A stretch of DNA of 64,000 bases from an uncultured Rhodospirillaceae bacterium (lineage in GTDB: Bacteria; Pseudomonadota; Alphaproteobacteria; UBA8366). The notes under the pieces were generated by a model. The model was not told where the DNA came from. It saw only the letters and a program-made list of their open reading frames with translations, and made no database searches. The DNA is taken from the NCBI GenBank assembly GCA_964408805.1, contig CAYPAV010000021.1, positions 66-64,065 on the forward strand. The letters run 5' to 3'. A program made the position numbers and the translations under genes. How positions within the stretch are numbered: position 1 is the first letter of the stretch; every line of letters starts with the position of its first letter. This document shows positions 18,298 through 28,486 of the stretch, in pieces.

Positions 18298-19740
18298 CTA
18301 ATCGAGCTCCGGCAGGTCCGGCCGCCGCGCGGTCCAGGGGCAGGCTTGTTCGAATAGGGCCGCGGCCTTCAGCAGCAGCGCGTCTTCGCCGCGGCGCCCC
18401 ACGAGCTGGATCGCCACCGGCAGGCCGTCGGAATGGAAGCCCGCCGGCAGGGTGATCGCCGGGTTGCCGCTGAGGTTGAAGGGGTGGGTGTAGGGATACC
18501 AGGCCCTCCGCACCGTTCCCGCCGGCGTATTGTTGATCATCACGTCGCCGAAGAAATCATGGTCGATCGGCACCGCCGTTCGCGCCAGGGTCGGCGTGAT
18601 CAGGATATCGATGTCCTCGAACCAGGACTGGACCTGCCGGTAGACGTTCGTACGGGCGAAGATCGCCTTCAGCACCGCCTCGCCGGAGGCCGCCACCCCC
18701 TCGTCCATCTGGCGCAGCAGGGTCTCGCTCATGCGGTCGCCGAACGCGTCCACATATTGCCGATAGCGCGCATTGAGGAGCGAGGCCCAGAGGATTTGGA
18801 AGACCGGCTCGGTCGGTTCGAAATCGTCCGGCATTTCGCCGACCTCGGCCTTGCAATCGGCGAAGACCTTCGCGGCGTCGGCGCAAAGCCCCATGAGCTC
18901 GTGATCGACCGCCGTGTTCCCGAGATGCGCGCGCCAGGCCATCCGGACGCCGTCGAGGTCTTTTGCGCTCCTGACCGCCTCGGCGAAGCCGTTGGCGGGC
19001 AGGAAATAGGAATGCGGGTCCGAGGGGTCGGTGCCCGCCATGGCGTCCAGCATCAGCGCGCAATCCAGCACTGTCCGCGTCGTGGGGTCGATATAAGAGG
19101 TGTTGCCATAGGCGTCGGGGGCGGTGTCGTGGGGCACCAGGCCGAGCGACTTCTTGAAGCCGACGACGCCGTTTGCCGCCGCCGGAATGCGGGTCGAGCC
19201 GCCGCCGTCGGTCGAAATGGCGATCGGTGTTACGCCGGCCGCCGTCGCCGTCCCCGCCCCGCCGGAGGAGCCGCCGGAGGTTCGCTCCGCACTCCAGGCA
19301 TTCCGTGTACGGCCGAAGAGAGGCGCTTCGGTCAGCGGCTTGTGACCGAATTCGGGGCTCGTCGTTTTGCCGATCAGGATGGCGCCGGCCGCCTTCAGCC
19401 GCGCCACCGCGATCGCGTCCTCGCTCGGCACGTTGTTCTCGAAGACGTAGGAGCCGAAGGTGGTGCGGACCCCCTTGGTGTTCACGAGGTCCTTGACCGT
19501 CAGCGGCACGCCGTGCAGCGGACCCACCGCCTCGCCTTGCATCACCGCGTCCTCGGCCATCTTCGCCGCCGTCATTGCCTCGTCGCGGCAAATCGTGATG
19601 AAGGCGTTCAGAACCGGCTGCGAGGCCTCGGCCCGGCGCAGTGCGGCTTCGGTCACCTCGACCGGGGAGAGCTTCTTGTTTCGGATCAATTCGGCGAGGT
19701 CGGCGGCGGAGGTATAGGCATATTCTGAGGCGGTCATCAC
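18298..19740 (-). CDS. Amidase (amidase-signature family)
   Basis: 480-aa ORF with the Gly/Ser-rich AS motif GGSSGGAGTATAAG and the upstream KDLVNTKGVRTTFGS. Confidence 0.85.
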   Translation of the reverse strand: MMTASEYAYTSAADLAELIRNKKLSPVEVTEAALRRAEASQPVLNAFITICRDEAMTAAKMAEDAVMQGEAVGPLHGVPLTVKDLVNTKGVRTTFGSYVFENNVPSEDAIAVARLKAAGAILIGKTTSPEFGHKPLTEAPLFGRTRNAWSAERTSGGSSGGAGTATAAGVTPIAISTDGGGSTRIPAAANGVVGFKKSLGLVPHDTAPDAYGNTSYIDPTTRTVLDCALMLDAMAGTDPSDPHSYFLPANGFAEAVRSAKDLDGVRMAWRAHLGNTAVDHELMGLCADAAKVFADCKAEVGEMPDDFEPTEPVFQILWASLLNARYRQYVDAFGDRMSETLLRQMDEGVAASGEAVLKAIFARTNVYRQVQSWFEDIDILITPTLARTAVPIDHDFFGDVMINNTPAGTVRRAWYPYTHPFNLSGNPAITLPAGFHSDGLPVAIQLVGRRGEDALLLKAAALFEQACPWTARRPDLPELD

Positions 19741-19959
19741 TGAGGTTCCATTGTTTTGAAATGTTGCTAGTTTTCGAATTGTCGTCCCACATTGTCAATC
19801 AACGGCGGTGTCGGTGAAGACGACGGGTTGAATGCGCGGCAATATCATCCGATAGTGGTTAACGGAAGGATCGTCGAGTGCCGTTCGGCGGCGTCGGCGA
19901 AGGTTCAAAACTGGCAAGGCTCGAATTCTAATATGGGCCATTCCTCAGGAGGATCAGCT

Positions 19960-21510
19960 ATGCGATTTTTTATTCCGAATACATTGGGTGCGGCGGCGCT
20001 CGCGACGATGCTCGCGACGGGCCCGGCCCTGGCCGGCAAGGACAACGATACCCTTGTCTGGTCGACCGATCGCGAGGCGGATGTCGCCTTGCCGTATTAC
20101 AACAACATTCGCGAGATGGTGATCATGGCGCGGATGGCGTGGGATACGCTCATTTTCCGCGATATCGAGACCTTCGAATACAAGCCGCTTCTGGCGACGA
20201 GCTGGAAATGGATCAACGACAAGACAATCGATCTGGAATTGCGGAAGGGCGTCAAGTTCCATGACGGCTCCGATTTCGGCGCCGACGATGTTGTCAGCAC
20301 CTTCAATCACATCGTCCAGGAAGACAGCGGCATCATGACCCGTCGGAACGTCAGCTGGATGAAGAGCACTGAGAAGCTGGGGCCCTACAAGGTCCGTATT
20401 CATCTCTCGAAGACATTCCCCGCAGCGCTCGAGTTCCTGGCCATGGCGACGCCGATCTTCCCGAGCGAGATCTGGAAGACCGCGAAGAAGGACGCCAAGG
20501 GCAAGTTCGATTACGGCACGATCGACGAGATCGGCACCGGCCCCTACAAGATCACCAAGGTGGTACCCGGCGAGTCGATCACGATGGTCAAGAACGAGAA
20601 TTATTGGGCCGGCAGCCCGAAGGGCAAGCCGACGATCGGCACGGTCGTCTTCAAGACCGTCCCCGACACCGAGGCCCAGATCGCTCAGCTGCTGACCGGC
20701 GAGATCGATTGGATCTGGGACGTGCCGAAAGATAAGGCCAAGGATTTGAAGTCCAGTGGCCGCGTCCAGGTGGTCAACGCCAAGACCTTCCGGATCAGCT
20801 ATCTGACGATGGACCGGGCGGGGCGTTCGGGTAAGGACAAGAAGTCGAACCCGTTCTCCGACAAGCTCGTTCGCCAGGCCGTCGCCCATGCGATCGACCG
20901 CAATGCGATCGCCAAGCAGCTGGTCGGCGAGGCCTCGGACATGATCCATTCGGCGTGCTATCCCTCGCAGTTCGGCTGCACCCAGGACGTGCCGAAATAC
21001 GCCTACGATCCGGCGAAGTCGAAGAAGCTACTGGCCCAGGCCGGTTATCCGAACGGCTTCAAGACCGACATCTTCGCCTATCGCCAGCGTGAATTCACCG
21101 AGGCGGTGATGGGTTATCTCGCCAAGGTCGGGATCAAGACGAACCTCAAATACATGCAGTACAAGGCGCTGCGCGGTCTGGTATGGGAGGGCAAGGCGCC
21201 GTTCCATCAAATGACCTGGGGCTCGTACTCGATGGCCGATGCCTCGGCGATCACCAGTCATTTCTTCAAGGGCGGCCGCGACGATTATTGCCGCGACGAC
21301 GACGTCAAGAAATGGCTCGATATCGCCGATACCAGCGTCGACACCACGGTCCGCAAGACCAACTACAAGAAGGCGCTGGCACGTATCCAGGAGAACCTCT
21401 GCTGGTTGCCGATGTTCACCTATGCGAAGTACTACGTCTTCGGGAAAGACGTGGATTTCAAGCCGACCAACGATGAAATTCCGCGTTTCTTCACGGCGAA
21501 ATGGAAGTAG
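19960..21510 (+). CDS. ABC transporter substrate-binding protein, family 5 (peptide/nickel type)
   Basis: ATG 19960 is preceded by AGGAGG. Signal peptide MRFFIPNTLGAAALATMLATGPALAGKD. Its length and organisation upstream of two permease and two ATPase genes fit the family. Confidence 0.85.
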   Translation: MRFFIPNTLGAAALATMLATGPALAGKDNDTLVWSTDREADVALPYYNNIREMVIMARMAWDTLIFRDIETFEYKPLLATSWKWINDKTIDLELRKGVKFHDGSDFGADDVVSTFNHIVQEDSGIMTRRNVSWMKSTEKLGPYKVRIHLSKTFPAALEFLAMATPIFPSEIWKTAKKDAKGKFDYGTIDEIGTGPYKITKVVPGESITMVKNENYWAGSPKGKPTIGTVVFKTVPDTEAQIAQLLTGEIDWIWDVPKDKAKDLKSSGRVQVVNAKTFRISYLTMDRAGRSGKDKKSNPFSDKLVRQAVAHAIDRNAIAKQLVGEASDMIHSACYPSQFGCTQDVPKYAYDPAKSKKLLAQAGYPNGFKTDIFAYRQREFTEAVMGYLAKVGIKTNLKYMQYKALRGLVWEGKAPFHQMTWGSYSMADASAITSHFFKGGRDDYCRDDDVKKWLDIADTSVDTTVRKTNYKKALARIQENLCWLPMFTYAKYYVFGKDVDFKPTNDEIPRFFTAKWK

Positions 21511-21571
21511 ATCGATGCATCGGGCACGGTCCCATACGGGGCCGCGCCCGTTCGATCTCTTGGGATAGGCG

Positions 21572-22492
21572 ATGTTACTTTTTACTTTGAGGCGGCTCGG
21601 TTACGCGATCCTCGTCGCGGTGACCGTCTCGGTCGTGACGTTTTCGTTGCTGCGCCTGTCGGGCGATCCCGCCACCGCCATGGCCGGCGAGGGCGCGACC
21701 GAAGAAGATATTCAATACGTCCGAAAGCATTACGGCTTCGACCGGTCGCTTCCGGTGCAATACTGGGATTGGGCCAAACGGGCGCTTCGGGGCGATTTCG
21801 GCATTTCGGTCTATCTCAAGGAAAAGCCGGTGGCGGAGATCATCGTCGAACGGGCGCCGGTGACGATGAAGCTTGGTCTCTTCGCGCTGACCTTCGCCTT
21901 GCTGCTATCGATCCCGTTGGGGGTCGTGGCGGCGATGTGGCCGAATACGATCATCGATCGGACGGCGCTGACCATTGCCGTCTTCGGGCAGGCCATGCCG
22001 AGTTTCTTCTTCGGCCTGACGTTGATATTCCTATTCAGTGTGACCTACCGGATTTTTCCCAGCTCGGGCAGTACCAGCTTCGTCCATTTCATCCTGCCGT
22101 CGATCGCACTTGGCTATTATGCGACGCCGCAGATCATGCGGCTGACCCGCGCCGGCATGATCGAGGTGTTGTCCTCCGACTATATCCGTACCGCCCGGGC
22201 AAAGGGTTTGCGGACCTATATCGTCTTGTTCAAGCACGCCTTGCGGAATGCGATAATTCCGGTGGTCTCGCTCTCGGCGGCCCAGCTCGGTTTCATGCTC
22301 GGGGGCTCGGTGGTCATCGAATCGGTGTTTACGCTGAACGGGCTGGGGCGACTGGCCTGGCAATCGATTCAGCGCTCCGACTTCGAGGTCATGCAGGCGA
22401 TCGTCCTGACGGTCGCGTGTTTCTATATCCTCTTCAACCTGCTTGCGGATCTGCTCAATGCCTTTCTTGATCCGCGTATCCGCGTGCACTGA
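21572..22492 (+). CDS. ABC transporter permease (DppB/OppB-like)
   Basis: 306-aa multi-TM ORF with the characteristic C-terminal LADLLNAFLDPRIR. Confidence 0.85.
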   Translation: MLLFTLRRLGYAILVAVTVSVVTFSLLRLSGDPATAMAGEGATEEDIQYVRKHYGFDRSLPVQYWDWAKRALRGDFGISVYLKEKPVAEIIVERAPVTMKLGLFALTFALLLSIPLGVVAAMWPNTIIDRTALTIAVFGQAMPSFFFGLTLIFLFSVTYRIFPSSGSTSFVHFILPSIALGYYATPQIMRLTRAGMIEVLSSDYIRTARAKGLRTYIVLFKHALRNAIIPVVSLSAAQLGFMLGGSVVIESVFTLNGLGRLAWQSIQRSDFEVMQAIVLTVACFYILFNLLADLLNAFLDPRIRVH

Positions 22493-22509
22493 GCGGGGAG
22501 GGGCGACGC

Positions 22510-23421
22510 ATGACCATCACGGCCTCTCTCAAACCGCTGCCGAGCGTCGAGGAAGTTCTCGAACCCTCGCCGTCGGCTATCCTGCGGAAGCGGATCTTCG
22601 GGCATTGGGGGCTTCTCATCGGCGGCGGCATTCTGGTGCTGATCATCGTCGCGGCGTTGGCGGCGCCGCTGCTCACCTGGCACGACCCGCTCGATCAGGA
22701 TCTGATGAACCGCTACGTGCCGCCGGTTTGGCATGAGACGGGGAATTGGGATCATCCGCTCGGCACCGACAAGTTCGGCCGGGATTATTATTCGCGCATC
22801 ATCTACGGCGCGCGGGTCTCGCTACTGATCGGGTTCGTGGTGATGCTGATTTCCGGCGTCATCGGCACGATCATGGGCGTGATGGCAGGGTATTTCGGCG
22901 GCCGGATCGACATGTTCGTGACCTTCATGATCAATACGCGCCTCGCCATGCCGGTCATCCTGATCGCGCTCGCCATCGTGGCGCTGATCGGGAGCTCGCT
23001 CGAGGTGGTTATCCTGGTGCTTGGCTTTCTGCTGTGGGAACGCTTTGCGCTGGTCATGCGAAGCTCGACCCAGCAGGTCCGGAACCTCGACTACGTCGCC
23101 GCCGCCGAGGCGGCGGGGTGCACCACGGCGCGCATCCTGGTGACCGAGATCATGCCGAACGTGATGAACAACCTCATCGTCATCGCGACGCTGGAGGTGG
23201 CGCATGCGATCCTACTGGAGGCCGCGCTTTCTTTCCTCGGCCTGGGCGTTCAGCCGCCGGAGCCGTCATGGGGGCTGATGATTTCCGAGGGCAAGGGCGA
23301 CATGTATTTCAAGCCGTGGGTCATCGGGTTGCCCGGCGCCGCTCTCTTCGCCATGCTGCTTGCGATCAACCTCCTGGGTGACGGTATTCGCGACGTGACC
23401 GCGCCGGAGAGTAGAAATTGA
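22510..23421 (+). CDS. ABC transporter permease (DppC/OppC-like)
   Basis: 303-aa multi-TM ORF with the EAA-like region AAEAAGCTTARILVTEIMPN and C-terminal LLGDGIRD. Confidence 0.85.
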   Translation: MTITASLKPLPSVEEVLEPSPSAILRKRIFGHWGLLIGGGILVLIIVAALAAPLLTWHDPLDQDLMNRYVPPVWHETGNWDHPLGTDKFGRDYYSRIIYGARVSLLIGFVVMLISGVIGTIMGVMAGYFGGRIDMFVTFMINTRLAMPVILIALAIVALIGSSLEVVILVLGFLLWERFALVMRSSTQQVRNLDYVAAAEAAGCTTARILVTEIMPNVMNNLIVIATLEVAHAILLEAALSFLGLGVQPPEPSWGLMISEGKGDMYFKPWVIGLPGAALFAMLLAINLLGDGIRDVTAPESRN

Positions 23422-24440
23422 CCGCGGTTCTCGAGGTCGAGGATCTGTCGATCGAGATTCCGATTGCCGCGGGTCTGCTGTATCCCGTGCGCGGCATAGG
23501 ATTCAAGGTGGAACGCGGCGAGACCCTCGCCATTGTCGGCGAGTCGGGGTGCGGCAAATCCCTGACCTCGCTGGCGGTCATGGGGCTGTTGCCCCAGGCC
23601 GCGAAGCGCAAGGCTACCGCCCTGGCCTTCAATGGCGAATCCCTGCTGTCCTATTCGGAAGCCGAGATGTCGGATATCCGGGGCGACCGGATGTCCATGA
23701 TCTTCCAGGACCCGATGACGTCGCTCAACCCGACCTATACGATCGGCAATCAGCTGGAGGAAGCCTTGTTGCGGCACCGGCAAGTGTCGCGAAGAGAGGC
23801 GCGCGACCGCGCGGTCTTCCTGTTGGAAAAAGTCGGGATCACTGCCGCCGAGAGCCGCCTGAAGCAATACCCGCATCAACTCTCCGGCGGTCTGCGCCAG
23901 CGCGTGATGATTGCCATGGCCTTGATGTGCGAACCGGAACTGCTGATCGCGGACGAGCCGACAACGGCGCTCGACGTCACCATCCAGGCACAGATCCTGT
24001 TGCTGATCGCGCAAATTCAGAAAGAGTTCAATATCGGCGTCATCCTGATCACGCACGATCTCGGCGTGGTCGCCCGGGTCGCCGATCGGGTGGCGGTGAT
24101 GTATGCCGGCCGGATCGTGGAATCGGGGACAGCGGAGGAAGTCTTCGAGAAACCGCTGCATCCCTACACGCAAGGGCTGATGGAGTGCATTCCGATTCCG
24201 GGCAAGACCCGGCCCGGCCAGCATCTGGGATCGATTCCGGGCATCGTGCCGACCCTGGTGGGCGATCTGTCGGGCTGTATGTATCGGGACCGTTGCGCCT
24301 TCGCCCATGCCGGGTGCGCCCAAGAGCCGACGGATCAGGTGCTGGGACCCGGACGCGCGTATCAATGCAATCTCGGTCAGGATCTGGGACGGCGTGAGCG
24401 GACGAGAGAGACTCCCGCCGCCGGCACGGTGGCCGCCTAA
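23418..24440 (+). CDS. ABC transporter ATP-binding protein (DppD/OppD-like)
   Basis: Walker A GESGCGKS, signature LSGGLRQR, Walker [13 protein letters not shown]. It overlaps the upstream gene by 4 nt. Confidence 0.9.
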   Translation: MTAVLEVEDLSIEIPIAAGLLYPVRGIGFKVERGETLAIVGESGCGKSLTSLAVMGLLPQAAKRKATALAFNGESLLSYSEAEMSDIRGDRMSMIFQDPMTSLNPTYTIGNQLEEALLRHRQVSRREARDRAVFLLEKVGITAAESRLKQYPHQLSGGLRQRVMIAMALMCEPELLIADEPTTALDVTIQAQILLLIAQIQKEFNIGVILITHDLGVVARVADRVAVMYAGRIVESGTAEEVFEKPLHPYTQGLMECIPIPGKTRPGQHLGSIPGIVPTLVGDLSGCMYRDRCAFAHAGCAQEPTDQVLGPGRAYQCNLGQDLGRRERTRETPAAGTVAA

Positions 24441-25414
24441 TGGACGCGCCGGTCATTGAAGCGCGGGCGGTGCGCAAGACGTTCCCCATCCGCCAAGGCA
24501 TGTTCAAGCCGAAGCTGCCGCTGCACGCGGTGAATGGCGTCACCTTGAAGATCGAGAAGGGCGACGTTCTCGGTCTGGTGGGTGAGTCCGGGTGCGGCAA
24601 GACGACGATGGCGCGCATGATCCTCGGCCTTGAATCCCCCACCGAGGGGGATATCCTGATCGACGGTGAATCGTTGTCCAGCCTGGATCGGATCGCGGTT
24701 GCCCGTCGGGTGCAGCCGATCTTTCAGGATCCGTATTCCTCACTCAATCCGAGGAAGTCGATCGGTTCGATCATTTCGCTCCCGCTCCGCATTCACAAGG
24801 TCGGCGATCCCGAAGGCTGGAAGGGTCAAGTCGAGGAAATGATGGAGCTGGTCGGGCTGCCGCGGCGGCTCTACCACAATTATCCAAGCCAGTTGTCCGG
24901 CGGGCAGCGCCAGCGCGTTGCCATCGCGCGGGCACTGATCATGAAACCCGAGATCCTGATTTGCGACGAACCGACCTCGGCGCTCGACGTTTCCGTCCAG
25001 GCGCAAATCTTGAACCAGCTATTGGATCTGCGGACCGAACTCGATCTCACCTATGTCCTGATCACGCATAACTTGGCGGTCGTCGAGCATATGGCGACCA
25101 AGGTGGCGGTGATGTATCTGGGGCGGGTGGTCGAGGAATCGGCCGCGCAAGCGATCTTCGAGGCGCCGCAACACCCCTATACCCAGGCGCTCCTCGGCTC
25201 CGTCTTGACGCCGGATCCCAATCTCGACGTGCCGGATACGCATCTCGGCGCGACATTTCCCAATCCGGTCGAACCGCCCTCCGGCTGCACCTTTCATCCG
25301 CGCTGTCAGTTCGCCACGCCGGACTGTGCGACCCGGCCGCCCGATACGCACGAGGTCGGGGCCGCCCAGGTCGAATGCCACCTCTTCGCGGACGAGATCA
25401 AGAAGGCGTCGTAA
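24440..25414 (+). CDS. ABC transporter ATP-binding protein (DppF/OppF-like)
   Basis: Walker A GESGCGKT, signature LSGGQRQR, Walker [18 protein letters not shown] overlap with the upstream gene. Confidence 0.9.
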   Translation: MDAPVIEARAVRKTFPIRQGMFKPKLPLHAVNGVTLKIEKGDVLGLVGESGCGKTTMARMILGLESPTEGDILIDGESLSSLDRIAVARRVQPIFQDPYSSLNPRKSIGSIISLPLRIHKVGDPEGWKGQVEEMMELVGLPRRLYHNYPSQLSGGQRQRVAIARALIMKPEILICDEPTSALDVSVQAQILNQLLDLRTELDLTYVLITHNLAVVEHMATKVAVMYLGRVVEESAAQAIFEAPQHPYTQALLGSVLTPDPNLDVPDTHLGATFPNPVEPPSGCTFHPRCQFATPDCATRPPDTHEVGAAQVECHLFADEIKKAS

Positions 25415-25430
25415 ATCAGGTCCACGGACC

Positions 25431-26750
25431 TTACCGGCCGAACAATTTCTTCAAAGTACCCGCCGGCGACGGTAGGCTCGGCAGCTTGACGCCGCTGCCG
25501 CTGCTCGTCGTCCCGCCGCTGGAGGTTCCGGGGATGAGCTTCTTGACCGCGTCGAGCGCCTTTCCCGGGTCCTTTGCGACGTTACCCAACATGCCGGCCA
25601 AATCGGGCTTGTAGCTCAAATTGTCCCAAGGTCCGGAGACGATCACCGGCACCTTGATGCCGCCCGCATCGTCGCTGCCGCCCTGGCCCTTGGTAGTGGC
25701 GGCGATCTTCGGTTCGATGCGGTAGTTCACCGTTCGCTTGGGCATGTCGACCTTGCCCTTGCCGCTGAGCCGAAGCAGCGGTGATTTCAGCAATAGGTCC
25801 TGGTTGTTCAAGATGCCCTTCGTGATCCGATAGGTGCCGCCCAGCTCCGCGAAATCCGTCTTTTGGGTCTTCCGGGCACTGGGATCCAGGAACGCGCTGC
25901 CGACGTTTCGGATCATGGCGGCGAGGTTGATGCCGCTGATCGCTCCGTTAAGGAACTTCACCTTTCCCGACCCCGCCAGCGCCGAGACGATCGCGCGCTC
26001 GGTCCGGCCGCGAGACGTGATCGCAAGATCCGCATTGGCCGTGCCCGAAAGCCGGGTGAACCCGGCCGCATCGGTCAGGAAGGGTTCGGCCTGAAAATTC
26101 GCAAGATCGAAATTCAACGCGATGGCCGGCACCGCACCCTTGCCGTTGGCGGTCACCTTTGCCCGACCGGTGCCGTCGTAGAGCACCATCTTCGAGAGAT
26201 CGCTGACCAGCACGCCGTCTTTCAAGGTGACCTTGAGGTTGGTCTGGCCGACCTTGATCTTGCGGACGAGGAGTCCCTTGACGGTCAGTTCCAGAGTTGC
26301 ATCGGCGGCGCGAAGGCCGGTGAGGTCTATCGGATCGTCGCTCCAATCCGCGCCGATTTGGCCGGCGCGGATTTGCCCGTGCTTTTCGCGTCGCCGGACT
26401 TTGCCCCTTCCGGCGGCAGGTAGGGGTTGAGGTCGAGCATGCCCAGATCGAGCCGCCCCGTGATCTTAGGTTTTCGGCCGCCGCCGTCAAAGGCGAATTG
26501 CCCGGAACCGGTGATCTTGTCGACCGACAGCTTGGCATCGTTGAAGGCGTATCGACTGCCCTTCACGTCGACCTTGCCCTCGATATTCAAGGGTCCGAGG
26601 CCGTCGCCGGGCGCCTTGATAGGCGCGCCGACCCAGGCGGCCAATTCGCGGATCGACGGGACATCGAGTTTCAGTGCGCCGGCGGCGGCGATCACCTTGG
26701 CACTCGAAGCCGACCCTTTGAAGGTGAGGGCCACGCGGGGCGCTTCGCCG
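25431..26750 (-). pseudogene. AsmA-family protein remnant: C-terminal ~430 codons only, with one frameshift
   Basis: The upstream frame reads ...GRLDLGMLDLNPYLPPEGAKSGDAKSTGKSAPAKSA and then stops at 26327. A different frame continues with ADWSDDPIDLTGLRAADATLELTVKG...KDGVLVSDL... to the stop at 25431. There is no N-terminal TM or AsmA N-domain; the esterase gene abuts at 26754. Confidence 0.65.
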
Positions 26751-26753
26751 TGA

Positions 26754-27611
26754 CTACGCCAGATTCCTCCTGAAGAATGGAATAAGCGGGTCAACGGACA
26801 GGTGCGTGTCGCGCGCCGCCTGGTCAATATAGACCAGTTCGATATCACCGCCCGCCTTGCGATAATTGTCGGCAAAGCGCTCCGGCTCGTTGACGTCGCC
26901 GCCGGATTCGGGATCGTGGTAATCGTGGACGTCATCGGGGCGACCCTGAATCCAGATCGCCGGCGGCGTCTCGACCGTTTCACCATTCTCCAGCGCCAGC
27001 ATCGGGTTGCCCTCGGCCATGTTCGCCTCGGTGACCCAGTATAGATCGTGTCGTTCCGGGATGTCGCCGACCCAGGCGGGCGGGTTGGCCGACTCCCTTA
27101 GTCGATTGGCGTGGCGATAACGCGACAGGGGGTTGATCACTGGCCACAGCATCGCTACACAGCGGACCGTTGCATCGACGAGGTGCGACGGGGATTCCAA
27201 GGCAAGTCCCGCGTATCTCGGATCCCGTGGACGCATCGCCGCCAGCATCGCGAGATGTCCGCCGCTGGATTGGCCGGAAAACGCAAACCGCGTGGGATCG
27301 AGACCAAGTGCGTTCGAATTTCCCTTGAGCCAGCGGACGGCATAGTTGATGTCGATCAGGGAACTCGGATAGCCGTCGCCCGCATGGCGAAAATTCAGCG
27401 CCGCGACCGCGAAACCGGCGCTTGCCAGCATCTCGTCGCGGTCCTGGCATCCGGTTAGGTCCCCCTTGCACCAGGCACCGCCGTGAAGATCGACCACGGT
27501 TGGAAAAGGCCCCGCGCCCGACGGCTTGAAGAGCCGCAGCATCTGCGCGCTTTCACCGTGACGGATGTAGTCGATATCTTCCCTGGTAATGTCCAGTGTA
27601 TCGGTTTGCAT
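26754..27611 (-). CDS. Alpha/beta hydrolase (esterase/lipase, HSL-like fold-3)
   Basis: Oxyanion motif DLHGGAW and nucleophile elbow GQSSGGHLA. ATG 27611 is preceded by AAGGAAG. Confidence 0.8.
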   Translation of the reverse strand: MQTDTLDITREDIDYIRHGESAQMLRLFKPSGAGPFPTVVDLHGGAWCKGDLTGCQDRDEMLASAGFAVAALNFRHAGDGYPSSLIDINYAVRWLKGNSNALGLDPTRFAFSGQSSGGHLAMLAAMRPRDPRYAGLALESPSHLVDATVRCVAMLWPVINPLSRYRHANRLRESANPPAWVGDIPERHDLYWVTEANMAEGNPMLALENGETVETPPAIWIQGRPDDVHDYHDPESGGDVNEPERFADNYRKAGGDIELVYIDQAARDTHLSVDPLIPFFRRNLA

Positions 27612-27705
27612 GGGACTTCCTTTTCGTAAGTTCACGCCGGCGACGCGGACATCGGAAATACTAGGCGCGTCGAAGAGCCGAGTCTATCGATCGGCGCATC
27701 GCCGG

Positions 27706-28128
27706 TCACTCCTCCCACGGATTGACCACGTCAAGACCCGGCAGATCGAAATCTTCCGAATTGCGTGTCACCATTGATAGACCGTTCACGAGCGCCGTCG
27801 CGGCGAGCAAGCCGTCGACGGCCGGCAACGCCCTCCCATCCAGGCGGGCCTGTGCACTGATCGTTCCCCATCGATCGGCGACGCGGCGGTCGACAGTCAA
27901 GAATCGTTCCTCGAACCAATCGGGCAAATCATGATCGAGCCAGCCGATGAGTCGGGTCTTGCGTCGGCCAAGGTCGAGCAATTCGATCCCCTTGCGGATC
28001 TCCCCGAGGCTCAGCACGCTGAGATAGAGATCTTCCCCCTGCGACGTTTCCAACCAGGAAATCACGTTCGTGTTCGGGTTGGGACGCAACGTCTCGGAGA
28101 CGACGTTGGTATCGAGAAGGTAACTCAC
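27706..28128 (-). CDS. vapC: Type II toxin, PIN-domain ribonuclease VapC
   Basis: MSYLLDTNVVSE (first acidic PIN residue), later LLAATALVNGLSMVTRNSEDF. It overlaps the antitoxin gene by 4 nt. Confidence 0.85.
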   Translation of the reverse strand: MSYLLDTNVVSETLRPNPNTNVISWLETSQGEDLYLSVLSLGEIRKGIELLDLGRRKTRLIGWLDHDLPDWFEERFLTVDRRVADRWGTISAQARLDGRALPAVDGLLAATALVNGLSMVTRNSEDFDLPGLDVVNPWEE

Positions 28129-28373
28129 AGATCCAGGTCTCGTGCCGGTGACCGGTCGCGTTCGATGTCGAGCGGCAGTCCTTTTAGCGGGGATGCCGTC
28201 ATGAATTCGACAAAGCTTTGATTCCGATCGACAAGGCGATCGTAGTCGGTCCGGGCCAACACGACGACCTCGTCCCGGCCATGCACGGTGATGCCTTGCG
28301 GGCCGTCTCGCACCGCCTCGCGGACCAATTCACTGAGTCGAGCCTTGGCGGCCTGCAACTGCCAATTACGCAT
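28125..28373 (-). CDS. Type II antitoxin, Phd/YefM-like
   Basis: 82-aa ORF: WQLQAAKARLSELVREAVRDGPQGITVHGRDEVVVLARTDYDRL. It sits immediately upstream of vapC and overlaps it. Confidence 0.8.
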   Translation of the reverse strand: MRNWQLQAAKARLSELVREAVRDGPQGITVHGRDEVVVLARTDYDRLVDRNQSFVEFMTASPLKGLPLDIERDRSPARDLDL

Positions 28374-28387
28374 TGTCAGGATCCGGT

Positions 28388-28418
28388 GATATTAAACTAG
28401 TCAGACTAGTTTAATATC
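28388..28418. promoter_or_regulatory. Perfect 14-3-14 palindrome; probable toxin-antitoxin operator
   Basis: gatattaaactagt-cag-actagtttaatatc lies 15 nt upstream of the antitoxin ATG (28373), in an AT-rich spacer. Confidence 0.6.
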
Positions 28419-28486
28419 AGATTTAATTGATGATAATCAAGTACTGATCAAAGCCGCACGCCTATCACCCGTCCCTCTGTCTCGAT

